A DNA stretch of 63,285 nt, counting the filler, from Reticulomyxa filosa (lineage: Eukaryota; Protista; Foraminifera): assembly GCA_000512085.1 (NCBI GenBank). It is 11 parts of 11 records of this genome, joined end to end, with 100 filler letters (N's around TTAATTAATTAA, not from the genome) between each part and the next. Parts side by side here need not be neighbours in the genome. Positions count along the whole stretch, not along the records: positions 24,066 to 26,123 come from ASPP01013666.1; positions 26,224 to 32,203 come from ASPP01021708.1; positions 32,304 to 51,839 come from ASPP01008689.1; 8 more parts are not named here. One strand, 5' to 3'. The translations under genes were made by a program, and so were the position numbers. Positions 25,357 to 37,920 of the stretch are shown piece after piece; the stretch's first letter is position 1, and each line of letters starts with the position of its first letter. The notes under the pieces are model-generated. The model did not search any database, was not told the DNA's origin, and saw nothing but the letters and a program-made list of their open reading frames with translations.

Positions 25357-26123
25357 ATGGTTTTTAATCGCGTTTGGGATAAGTTTCAAAAGATATATCC
25401 AAGTTTGGATGTTCAATTTGTGTTGATTTTTATTGTTGGTTGCGCTCTTGCTTGGTATGTAAATCATCAACCAGTAAGCCCGGAATTTCCGGAAGTGTAT
25501 GCTCCGTATATTGAAATTCCGACAGTGGATATATCAAGTTTTTTTACACCAGTGACAAAGGCGAACAAAGAGGAGGTGGAAAAGCGGCAGCGTGAGGCAG
25601 CAAGATTGGTGGGTGAGTACAGCGAGAAGTATGGAAGTTATTACGTAGGGAATATAGACAAAATGTTTGAAGAGTTAAAGATGAAGCGTGACGACATGAT
25701 ACAATTGGGTTATCATTTGTTTACTAACGTACCAAGTACAATAAAGAAGGAGTACCAACCCAACAGCAAGCCGAGCACAAATAACCGTGGATATTTGCTC
25801 CGCGGTGCAGAATCGGGAAGCAACGAATATTTTGAGCACAAAGAAGGGTTTTCATATGGGTACGACCACGACGAAAAAAAGGGATCATTGGAAAACGACA
25901 TGGAGCAGTATAATCAATGGCCCTCGTCTCCACATCTGACAATAGACAATATTAAAAAATTCAATCTTTTTTACGATCTAATGACCAACATTTCTTTTGT
26001 ACTAACGAAAATGTATTCCTATAATTTACATGGTGATATGGACACCTTGTATCGCATGTCTTTGGGTGGAGAAAAAATCTCTTTGATGCGTGTGTTTCAT
26101 TATTTCAGTGCAAACTACTCGAT
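25357..26123 (+). CDS. 2-oxoglutarate/Fe(II) oxygenase, IPNS/DIOX_N-like, with N-terminal TM; 3' truncated by spacer
   Basis: IPTVDIS, NRGY, KEGFSYG, NQWP, LMRVFHY; hydrophobic VQFVLIFIVGCALAWYV; the HxD motif lies beyond the gap. Confidence 0.85.
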
Positions 26124-26223
26124 NNNNNNNNNNNNNNNNNNNNNNNNNNNNNNNNNNNNNNNNNNNNTTAATTAATTAANNNNNNNNNNNNNNNNNNNNN
26201 NNNNNNNNNNNNNNNNNNNNNNN
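26124..26223. other. Artificial contig/gap spacer
   Basis: N44-TTAATTAATTAA-N44. Confidence 0.98.
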
Positions 26224-26848
26224 AAACAATTTCACCAAATAAAAAAATAACATACTTGTAGGGTAAATAATTCCACAACTTGTTCCTGAGATGGGTAGGA
26301 ACACGTTCGTCATTCCAAACAAACCAAATAGTTTGATAACAATGCACTTATCATACAAGATAATACTGGAATTGATATGCTATATTCAGACAATAATTCT
26401 GAGTTGTTTTTAAAACCTTTGTAAGTGTATCCCAATATCAGACACATTACACAACATAAAAAGGTTATTGCCACACACAATAGTAGCTCATCCGTTGTCT
26501 TCATGTGGTATAATTGAGCCATCTTCCAAATAGTGAGTCAAATTATTGACCTTTTTATTCCTCAAACTGGTCCAAAAATCAAAACGACACAATCAACGAA
26601 AATATTGTCTGTTAGCTTTCAATCTTTCTTTTATTATCTCGGGTTATTACTACCTTTCCACTTTTGGCATCGAAGAGGCAATTATAATGGACAATTTGCT
26701 TTGTCCCCTTTCTGTTGAGGTTGTCGTATACTGTGCAATTGCTGTATATAAAAACGAGTTTTTTGTCGAGTTGTTTATCCCTTTTTTTTTTTTTGTACAC
26801 TTCAAAAATTTAAATTTCTAATTTATGAATTCTTGCAAAAAATAAAAA

Positions 26849-27690
26849 ATGATTATTTTCAATGTATTAGAAAGAACAATTTCATTGACAATTCGAAATG
26901 GAGACAAATGCGCGATCTCTCTTACTGCGGAAATGAAATGTGTGACAATTAAACAATTTGTAAAAGTAGTGGAAATATTAACGATACTTGATCATAATAT
27001 CGATACTGTGATTGTAACAAGTGAATCACAGCAACCAATTGATGAGTTTGTGACAGACTTACAACATTCGGAATATGGTCAGTTCGACGACTACGTGTGA
27101 TAGTCAATCCAGCTGATATTCATCCTCGAGTTGGGCATTTGGCGTGGCTGTATTTTAGTAAACAAAGCAGATACGATTTCGCAATGTCAATATTAAGCTC
27201 TGTGCAATTACAAATGTTTGCCAAATATTATATTGTTACACATGAATCCAATTGGTGTCGAAATATATGGTATTTGTCAAGTAACTTATATTGCAATCCT
27301 TATATTAAATATACAAAGCAATGGTGGGAAAAACAAAGACAACTATATCTACATAATAATAATAATTCGTATGTAGATATAGAGTGGAATACAGTATCTA
27401 AAAATCTACAAAGTAAAAGTGGAGTCCAAAAAATGTGTGTCTCTTTAGTATCCGAATTATCCAAAAATTCAATTGTTATGATTTGGAATCAAGACTTAGC
27501 AAAAAAATATCTTTCCGAAATGGAAAAAGGAATATTGAATCAGTCGTATTTTTATGGAACAAATGATGCTCTAGTTAATGATTGGACTCAGTTTTGTGAT
27601 CGAGGTGAAACAAAAGGATGCTATACTTCAATTTGTCGTAGTGATTTTTTAAAATCAAATTTGACAAAAAGACAGTCATTTCTCTCTTGA
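26849..27690 (+). pseudogene. GT23/FUT8/NodZ-like fucosyltransferase, frameshifted (probable pseudogene)
   Basis: SLTIRNGDKC (motif I), VIVTSESQQPIDEF (motif II), QMFAKYYIVTHESNWCR (motif III-like); frame change between 27046 and 27098; upstream 26224-26530 reads as stop-riddled coding sequence. Confidence 0.55.
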
Positions 27691-28136
27691 AATAAGGGAT
27701 TTTTTACGCTTTGCATCTTAACGTAGAATAAAAGAGCAGTATTTAATTGTATTGTTGATTATATTTTTATTTATATTTAGATAATTTTAAAGAGTATGAC
27801 AAGTACTATTATCCAAGGGAATTGTGGAACACAAGTTTATTGAAGTTTGATTAGTTGAAGAATTTTGTACGTGTTTTCTCAAATGAAAATGTTTAGTATG
27901 TTGGCTAATCAATTCTCAGTTTTTCTGCTTGAAAGGACAAACAACGAAAAATGCACAATTTTATACTCATGAAAAGCTTATGTACAACAAAACAAGATTG
28001 CTTATCAGTCATCCTTCAAAGTGTCAAAAATGTGTTACTTGGATAATTCACGATCAAAAAAGCAATTTATTGGATTGAAATGTTTGAGAAGAAAAATCTG
28101 AGCCATTTTTTAAAAGATTTAAAAAGTGATGTCTAT

Positions 28137-29419
28137 TAATGGTGCTTTTCCACTCCATAGAGCGAATTGAAAAATTTGTATATTGTTCCACACTTGATTT
28201 GCATATACACATGAAACAGTCAGACACATACATTTATGTTGTTATAAAGTGTGCTAAGAAAGCAAACACAAGCGGAGAGATAGACAAATAACATATATAT
28301 AACCATAAAAACATTGTGACAGTGTGACCGCCACTTCTTGCAAAATATGGCAAAAAATCCCTTCCATAAAGCAAGTGGACCTTCGTTGGTAAAAATTTTT
28401 ACCATAGTATGTGGAATGCTTCGGTATAATAATTGTCCTCCAGTTTTGTCTGGAGAGGGTTGATTTTGCATTCTGTTTTGCAAACGTCCATAGGCAAAGA
28501 GGCCAAACTATATAAAAAGCCACTGACAATGCTAGCAGAAAAGTGAAGCGGCGTTCCATCGGGCACTACATTCAATTGCTTGATCACATGTTTTGCGTGG
28601 TCATATGACGCCAATTGGACACAACTTACAACCATCCCTCGGACTATTGTTGGCCTTTGGTAAAAAAAAAAAAAAATTTGTTGAGTTCTGTTTCTTTTCC
28701 CTCTCCCCCTCCCCCCAAAAAATTCACATGGCTCCTCTCCAAAGAGTTTTTACTCTTTCTTCTCTTGCCACACGGAAAATGGCATCGAACACATGTCTAT
28801 AATTACGCTTCATTGTAGGATCGGTCTGCGCACCGTCGGCTTGCATTCGTACGAGAGCCACTTCAACTGGGTTGCATATGCCCGCAGCAATGGCTCCTGC
28901 AGATAAGCCAATCCCGAGTTTATGCCAAAGTGTAATCTCTTTGTGTTTTGATTGCAGATCGGCATCCACCCGATCACGAATGACCTGATACAATCCTGTT
29001 CCAAAAGTATCATGTGTGTGTAACACAAACATATGCACACATCATGTACATAGCATTTTTTTTTTTTTTTAAACTCAAAGGAGTTAGTTTTATTGAAAAC
29101 AACAAAATTAGGTTCGTCACGCACCTAGTCGCAAGGTTGTGTAAGTCAATTGCCGCGTTAAACCTGCACTCAAGCCTGAGTACAATCCTAAAAAACCTTC
29201 CGACTTCACAATGCTCTTCATTGTTGTGCTCATAGACAGTTTTTGTCCGGCTTTTTCACTTACTTGTAGCCGCACTTTTGTTACGTCCAGTGGATGAATT
29301 GGCAACCAGCCCGTTGCTCCTCCCAGGCCTGAGATTAAAAATACTATCCAAGTTGGGAGTTCTTTTGGCTTTGATGTTTGTCCAGTTGCACCATTCGACG
29401 GAAGGTTTTTTGTTGCCAT
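28137..29419 (-). CDS. Mitochondrial carrier, 2-oxoglutarate/malate or dicarboxylate clade (SLC25A10/11-like), 4 exons, two apparent frameshifts
   Basis: PLDVTKVRLQ, GLYSGLSAGLTRQLTYTTLRLG, NPVEVALVRMQAD, QLASYD, PMDVCKT-RMQNQ, LWKGF-LPYFARSGGHTV; stop position approximate. Confidence 0.92.
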
Positions 29420-30595
29420 ATTTTTTTTAAACCTGTCAAAAAAAAAGATTTTTTCTTGACCAGGCGCAACGCTTAAGTAACACACAAACAGGACCTTTTT
29501 GTTACACTGTGGTTTTGTTGATTGTTATTTTCCAGTTTTTAAAACAACAAGGCAAAAATTTGAATTCTCCAAATAGTAATTTTTCTTAAGAAAATTCTAC
29601 AGCAATAAACATGTAATACCCAAAAGGAGAGCAAATTGCTCTGTGATTTTGGAAGAAAAAAAAATAAAAACAAAAGAGTGGAGGTTGCGAAAAGTCTTTA
29701 AAATGATTGACATAATTGTATCACGATACGAGAGAACTCTTGCGAAAAAGAACGGCCAGCGTTCGAAAGTCCAATAGCTTTTTTCCTTCAAAAGAAATTA
29801 CAGTGCATTGAAACGTACAAAACATTGCATCAAATAGAAATCTGTTGGGAACAAATGCAAATAAAACCCACTAAATGTTGCTATGCCCCTTTTTTTTCCT
29901 ACAATTCAAAAACAAACACAAAAGCGAGGCAAGTATGAAGGAAATAATAAAAAAAATGTAATAATAAAAACAAATCAAAACAAAAAAAAGAAAAAAAAAA
30001 GGAAAAGGAATCCAAACGAAAATAATATTCATTGTTTTTGTGTTAGCAATCTCGAAGCAGCCAAATAAAAAAAAGGTCGAAGGTACCACATCTTTGGACA
30101 GGCCAAACTTTCTCTTTAATTTTCACAAAAAGCACATGAGTCCAATACAACAAAACATACCAAAGATAAAACAAAATATAAAGCAAATCATGGCAAGTAA
30201 GCCAAGTTAACACAAACGAAAAGCATTGAGTACAACAATCATCACTCAAAAACAAAAACAAAACAAAATGAAACAAAAGATGCGAAACAAGAATCAATTT
30301 GGTGTTTACACTACAAAAACACACAAAACTAAGACATAAAAAAAACAATCAAACAAAGAAAAAAAACAAAATAAAAAAATAAATCGTATCTGGCATATTT
30401 TGTTTGTATTTGATCATTTTTCCCCCTTTTTTTTTTTTTTTTTTTTGTTCCTCCTCCATTGCACCCCAGTTCTGTTGTATTTGGAAAAAGCAAACATTTA
30501 CTGAGTTAAAATTTTTTTTTTTTTTTCTCCCCTTTTTTTGTTTCAGTTGTTGTACATGGAAAAGCCAATTGAGATGAGATTGTTGGAGATAGATA

Positions 30596-32203
30596 TCATT
30601 TGGAAACATCAGATCGTGATTGAGAGGACGTGGTGATATCAAGGTGTTTGGAGTTAAAGAGAGGAGGAGAAGATTCGGATTGATTTGGCTTTTCGGAATC
30701 GAGTTGGTCTTGTTCGCTATCTTTGGCTTTTGGTTTCCAAATTCCAATGAATTTGCGACGCTTTTGGAACTGTGTTGTAGGCCCATGCGTATCGTCCTCA
30801 TCTTGTTCATCGTCTTCCCCCGACATTTCCTCTTCTTTGTCGCTGTCACTCTCATACAAGTTCTCCCTTTGCTGCGATCGTTTCGAGTTGGGCAATGTCA
30901 CCGGGACCAACACGGAGTCGCTACACTCAGTGTGCACTGCCGGTAAAGGTCCGTCGTGGATATCCACTTTTGCACCCAATTTTTCCATCGCGCATTTGAA
31001 ATGGAATTCCAACAACAAGGGATGAATCAGCAATGAACAATAGTGAATAAACTCTATACGTATATCGTTGTGTGTACATACCATCGTATGCGCGCACGTT
31101 TATACGCACATTCTCAAAGTAGTTTAAAAATAAAAAAAAAACCTTTTAGATTTAATGCTGATTTATCTGTAATATATTCTTCAGCACGTTGTCGTAAGGT
31201 AGGATTAGTATGAAATTTGTCTGGAAGTTCCATCTATTTATTTATTTGTTTGTTTATATAGTCATTGCATCAATTCTTAATGATAGACTAACTTCTTTCA
31301 CGCTTTGAATCGACAATTCGCCTTTCAGTTCCTTGTCATGAAGTTCAAATATTTCAATCACTTTGCGACGACGAAAGTCGGACACCAACTGTGCCAGTCG
31401 TTTTACGTATGGTCATTGTACGATATAAAACAAGGAATATATATATATATGTATATATGACATACAAAAAAATAAGATATGAAATGCTGTGACCAATACA
31501 ATAAATGTAAAGACACATACAAGGCCATATTCTCCTCGTCTTAAGTGGATTTCCACAGTAGGTCGATGTTCTTCCAAATCTTGATCAAATCCGGACAGAT
31601 CCGTTTCGATTTCTGTTTCGTATTTTTGCATTAATATGTTGCATTTATATTTGTATTTGTGTTTGAGTTTGATTGGGTGTGTTCCACCACGCCATTTTCA
31701 ATTAAAGTCAACACAAATTAACTTGAAATGATGGCAGTTCTTTCACGCTTCAATTGTTCCACCACTTCTGCAACCACGGACACAGCTTTTGAAAAAAAGC
31801 AAAAGCATATCATTGTTACATTTTTGTGAAGAGAAAATAGGGAGAAAAAAAAAAAGGGGGGGGGGATGTGTATTGTGCTTGCACGACCTTTTTTTTTTTT
31901 TAAAAAAAAAAAGGGTGTGTAGATTAAACATTTTTACACGTCCTTTATCTCTCTCTCTTTCCTCACACCTTGACCAATCCCACAAATGACACATTCCTCC
32001 ATAAGACGCAGAATGCGACGGGCCCGGACCAAGTAAGGCCGCAATGCTTTTTTCTTGCGATCAGTACTCGCACTGACGTTAACATGGTTGGTACGGGGGG
32101 CCTGTCCCAAAATTGGCACCCGGCGATAGCCTGGATTCTTGTCGTCAGGTTGAGCCTCTTCCATCAGAGGAGTGGGATTTTGATGATGTTGATGTTGTTG
32201 TTG
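30596..32203 (-). CDS. Multi-exon hypothetical protein with an EF-hand-like segment and acidic C-terminal region; 5' end at or beyond the spacer
   Basis: Exon chain QQQHQHHQNPTPLMEEAQ...RLMEEC, KYETEIETD...GEYGL/LVSDFRRRKVIEIFELHDKELKGELSIQSVKE, ...FKCAMEKLGAKVD...SDVSK*. Confidence 0.6.
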
Positions 32204-32303
32204 NNNNNNNNNNNNNNNNNNNNNNNNNNNNNNNNNNNNNNNNNNNNTTAATTAATTAANNNNNNNNNNNNNNNNNNNNNNNNNNNNNNNNNNNNNNNNN
32301 NNN
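32204..32303. other. Artificial contig/gap spacer
   Basis: N44-TTAATTAATTAA-N44. Confidence 0.98.
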
Positions 32304-32487
32304 CATGCATGTCAATACCATGTCCAATTCCATTTCCAACTCCATATACATTTCCAATGCCACCATGCATACTGGCATTTGATAATTCACTAGTGGCAGA
32401 CATGTTCGGAAGTGTAGTTAACAAGTCTGTCTTACCATTAGATAGGATGCTTGATCCAATTCCATGTGGGGTATTTTGTCCCATCAT
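32304..32487 (-). CDS. Gly/His-rich coding fragment running into the gap; possibly the 5' part of the 30596-32203 gene
   Basis: MMGQNTPHG...GHGIDMH open up to the gap, same strand as the Q/H-rich frame on the other side. Confidence 0.4.
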
Positions 32488-33179
32488 GGCTTGCAGTAGA
32501 GCCGATTATGGTAAAAACACCTTGCCTCGACCGTCCGGATCGCTTTCACAAGCATTGTTATCAGCGAGTGGGTTTCAGTTTTGCCCGATGTTCAGTAGAA
32601 TTACCCAATCCTCAGACAAAAGACGAGTATTTGCCTCGAGAATGCCAATTTCCCGAAAGCGTCGAACACTCTTAAGGTTAAACAAGGATCAATATCCTCT
32701 CACACAAGTCTCCCGTTGCCAGTAAAAGAGTTACTATCTCAGTTACCAGGAGTTTGCACCACGATACACTTAAAGCAACTGATGACAAGATACGCTGTAA
32801 GTTTAAAGCACTCCCGCTTCTCACAGTCACACCAGATGCTGAACCGACGACAAAACCCCCCAAAAAATGAACTGCAACAAAAAAAGTTGCCAAAGATTAA
32901 CAAGATAGTTTAAAGTCACACTCCAATCTCACAAAATCCAACTACTATAAAAAAATTTTTTAGTTATAATTTTCTTTCTTTCTTGATCCGGAACTTTCTT
33001 GGACTAGACGTTTGAAATACTTTACTTAATTTTCAATCTCCTTCAAAACTTAAGATATGTCGAAGTATCTTGACACTTCCAACTGCAATCTCTTTCAAAA
33101 TACAACTTTTTAAGAGAAGTTAATATTAATGATGAAGTGGAGAAATATTAATTTTTTTTTCCGTTCCATCAATTTACCA

Positions 33180-34125
33180 ACACTTGACAACGGCCTATGA
33201 TTTTTGCACTGTATATGATCTCTGTCAGGCTTTTGTGAATATGCACAGTGTTTGCCTTCTTCCATGCAGTAGGCATATATCCCATTCAAATAGGAATATC
33301 AATTTTCAATCACTGCATTGCCACCACTCTTTAACATTTAATCGTGGACATTATCAGGACCTTGAGTTTTGTATGGAGACAAATGTCTCATAGCATCAAT
33401 AGCTTCTTCTTTTGTAATATCACTCTGATTGATATCACTCCCACCAATAAAATCATCAATCAATTCCAATGGTTTTGATATTGCAACTTTAAATCTGATG
33501 TCATCTTCAATCATTTCACAATGTTTTTCATCAACATCTTTTGGATGCTGATAATGTTCTGCAGATGTCTTTGTCAATATATGCTTTACCAGATCTGATT
33601 TTGCTACTGAATTTGTTTCCTTGTTCACCAATGCTGGAATAATGCATATTTTATTGGTGTTTAATGCCTTGAATTGTGTAAATAAATTTCTTGTATTCCT
33701 TTCATGAAGTGAATTAATACCGTTTACCATGTTGATGCTTTTCCAATTGCAATTTCGTTCTTAATTGACTGGTAACTCTCTTATACAGTATCAAATTCCT
33801 TAGTGTTCTTTGTTTACGAAATCTGTTCTTTGATTTTTGAACTCGCTTTCGTAATAGACTTAAACTGCCACTCCACCATGATTTGTTGCCTTTCCAAATC
33901 GTTCTGATACTAATTATCGTTTCTCCAGCTTCAACAACACATTTGTTCCAAGATTCAGCTGCTTTGTCCAAAGAATCTTGATCTCTCGATACAATTGTCG
34001 TTAATTCAATAAGTTTTGTTCTAATATTTGTGTTTTGTAAGTTTCTTAAAAAAAAATTCTTGCATATTGGTATTCGCAATGTTAATTTTATCGATTTCCA
34101 ATCACTATCTACACCAACGTCGTGT
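33180..34125 (-). mobile_element. Degenerate LINE ORF2 fragment (endonuclease-RT linker and start of reverse transcriptase)
   Basis: KSWWSGSLSLLRK...YKRVTSQLR, ITKEEAIDAMRHLSPYKTQGPDNV, GYMPTAWKKANTVHIHK-PDRDHIQCKNHRPLS; frameshifted and truncated. Confidence 0.88.
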
Positions 34126-34728
34126 TAATTAATTGCAATAAAGATTGTAATTGCTGAAATGCTTATTTAATCTATGCTAATTCAAATCTTCTGCAGCATT
34201 TGATCATTATAATTTACTATATTATTTGAAATGAAATTTTATCTTTTATTTCCCTTTGTCAAATAGTTCCACTTTTACCATTAAATATACAATTTGAATA
34301 ACATCTTTGATGATATAATCACTTTAACAATTGTCATTTTACAATATATTCTTGATTTCACATTCGCTAATCGAAGCACTACATATATACTCACTTCATT
34401 ATAATAAATAATCGCTACTACATGTCAATTACAAAGAAAATATTCAATTCATCAATATTTACGTCATTATTTATTTGATGTAAATATAATTTTAATTGCT
34501 TGCTTTTATTAGTATTATTCAAACGGAAAAGCTTCTGCTGTTTGAGTTTACACATGAAAACGAAAAAGTATATCATATTGCAAAAATAATGAAGTGAAAA
34601 TTCGATACAAAATCGAAATATTTTGATAAGCTTTAATTGTTTTCATCGATCCGAAATATGTCATTTGGATAAAGCCAAAAATTTTCACTAAAAAATCAAT
34701 TTATTGATTTTTAGCATCAAAAATTAAG

Positions 34729-37056
34729 TTACTCTAACACATTAATTCGACCTTTGTTTGACGCACAATATAGAGTCGGTTTATACCCCAATTGAAACAG
34801 TCGAAGAAATGTTATTTTACCACCATTGTCTTTACCTTGGATTTCGTGTAATTGTGTACTGGTTCGAACGTCCCAAAAACGAATCGTATTGTCCCATGAT
34901 CCAGAGTATATTATAGATCCATAGCCTTCAATGTCACGTGTATCACTATTCACAAATGGCGAATATCCAACACAGCTCACATAATTCCTGTGTCCTTTGA
35001 ACACTCGAATTTCTTTTTTCGATCGAATATCCCACAAACGAACTGTTCTATCCCATGAACCAGAACATATTATATTTCCACCGTTAACTTCTGATTCATA
35101 TGGAGAATACTTTACACTTTTCACTGTATTTTCATGTCCATTGAAAACAAGTAATTCCTTGGAGGTTTCAATGTCCCATAAGCGTATCGTATTATCATAT
35201 GACCCAGAACAAATTGTGTAGCCAGTGCCTCCAATCACACCAATACTTTTATTGTTGTTATTGCTTCGTAAAGGTGAAATGTCAATACACAAAACACCAC
35301 CAGTATGTTTATTGAGAGTATGTAATAATTTGGATGTTTCGACATCCCACAAACAAATGGTTTTGTCATGTGACCCAGAGCACAAATATCGACCACCATT
35401 AAATGGTGAAAATTGAATAGACTAACACCCTGATCATGTGCATTGATTTTTTGAATTTGTGCTTCAGTTTCAAAATCCCAAAAGCAAATGGTTTTATCAC
35501 CTGATGCAGAGCATATAATAGAATTGCGATTGTCGTGATGATAATGATACGACGAAAATTGCACAGAAGTTACTAATGCTGAATGACCATTGAATACTTT
35601 CAATTGCTTGGCTGATTGAATATCCCATACTCTTACTGTTACATCATCCGATCCAGAACAAAGGAATCTACCATTGTCAAATGGCGAGCAATCAATGCTA
35701 TTTACACAACCTGTGTGTCCATCCAAAGTATTCATTAGTTTGAGAGAACGCATTGCTTCAACATCAAAAATACGACTCTGTTTAGAATTTAGAGTCTCAT
35801 CGACATTATATTCCGTCTTAATTTTTTGCTCAATTTGTTCATTTTTTGTTTCGGATAGTTCTGTCATTTGTTTTTCTTTTTGGTCGAAAGTGTTTTTTAT
35901 CATTTCAAAATCTGCACGAATTTTGAGAATCTCCTGTTGATAATATCTTTTGATCCTTTCGATTTCATTTTCTTTTTCCAAAAGCTGTTGTCCTTTGCAT
36001 TGTATTTCTTCTTTCATTTTTTTTATTTCTTCATTTTTCGCTTGCATTTCTTCATCCCATTTTTCAATTTCAATAGATTCAGTCTGCGTGCAAGCAGTCA
36101 TTTAAAGCTCCACTGTACTATATTTGTTCTCAACAGACAAAGATAAGAGTAGTACCCGAGCCTTTAGTAATTCGCTGTCCAAATTACCAATTACTTCGTT
36201 CCAATATCGTCTTTCGTTGCAAAAAGATTCAACCTGTGCGGTCATTTTTTCTCTGTCCATTTTTAAGATTTCAATTTGATCTTCTTTTTCGGTATTTTCG
36301 GAACAAAGCTGTTCGATTTTTGCCTAAATATTTTTTGTTGATTTTTTAACAAACATCCATACTTTTTTTTTTTTTTTCCAAAAGCAATGTAAAAAGTAGA
36401 TACAAATGAAACAAAGTTACATTTTGGTCGATTTCCTTTTGTCGGAGAATACGAATATGAGTCAGTAACAAGTTTAAATGTTTATCTTTTTCAATCTCCA
36501 AATGCTGCTCCAAATCCGAATGAGACAAAAGATCATCGCATCCAAATTCTTTGAATTTGCATTCCAAACGCTTCAATGGACATTCATTTTCCAAATGTTC
36601 TTTCAGGTCTTTTATTCTTCCCTTAAATTTGCAATGCTGCTGCGTTCCTGTCTTTGTAATTGCACTGCCTTCTTTCAATTGTGTCGATTGGTTCGCACAC
36701 TCGAGAGGACACATTACAGTAAATTCGTCAACAAATTTCCTTATTGCCTTTGCTTTTCTGTATTTGCAAGGGCTATGATCTCCAACAGGACATTGGTTAT
36801 TATGCTCTTTTAAGTATTGCATTAAGCACAATTCGCCGACTGGTATTGGATCTTTCTGTTCGTCGTGTTCATCGCAAGTTAATTCCATTGCGTTGTTTGC
36901 AATTTGTCGACATAACACACACTGAAAATTTTCTAAACGCTCTGGCGTTTCCGATCGTACCAACCATTCTTTGCTGTAACATTCTTCAAATGACATGGAT
37001 TTTGCCGATTGTTCATTTGCAAGTTTTTCTCTTTCTTCAGGTAAAAACATTAACAT
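34729..37056 (-). CDS. RING-like/TRAF zinc-finger + coiled-coil + WD40-repeat protein; 1-nt frameshift near 35422
   Basis: FQCVLCRQIANNAMELTCDEH...CPVGDH, CKFKG...EHLENECPL...CKFKEFGC; six to seven GH...SGS.D.T...WD repeats; intron 36420-36324 plus a second ending near 36084. Confidence 0.88.
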
Positions 37057-37920
37057 ATTTTTTCAACTCTCTTTTCTTGTTGAGGAGTCCAATCCAAGAA
37101 AACTGAATTTTGCTTGAAAAAAAGTACAACAATGCCATAAACGAAAAAAACACGTTTCGTTTCCAAACACCGTTTTTTCACTTTGCAAACAAAAAATATT
37201 CCATTTATCACATGGGACAATTTTACGAAACTCAAAAAAAAAATCGATCCAATCAATAATTTTTTTGGAGTGAAGTTTCTAGTGAAGGACAAAGTTTTTG
37301 TCCACAAGAGAAAAAAGCTTCTTTGGAAAAATAGTCTATTCAAGTAAGAAATGTTGCGACTCACCGCGTGAATACAAGTAATTGTCAAACTTGTTTGGTC
37401 ATTCCATTCTGAATAAAAAACTGAACTAATTACCCGTTTACTGAAGTGCACAGAGACGAGTACATCAATAGTCATGACTTGTTGCTACAACAAAAAAAAT
37501 TTCAAAATGCACAATTGTTGCAAGAAAACATGATTAATTTTGTTACAGCGTAAAGCCTACTTCTCTTATATTCTTAAGTAATGGTAAGCACTTTTGAGCA
37601 AAGTTTTGGACAAAAGTTTCAGAAGAAAAAAAAAGTATTTTCCTAGTTGTTTTGTACTGTTATCATTTTTGAGAAGATGTAGATCAAATGAGCAAAAAAG
37701 CAAATTCGAGGCAACACAAAAAGATTGTGTGACACAGATAACAATACGACTCTTTTTCTCTTTGACATTCGTTTCTTTTATTGTTTGTAAGACATTTTGA
37801 ATTATTCCGCAAGAACAAACGAATAGTTTGTTTTTGATAAAATGAAAGTTTATGGGGTGTTGCATTGAAAGCGGTTTAAAAAAGAGAATAGTGAATAGAT
37901 TTGTTGGGGGAAAAGAAAGA

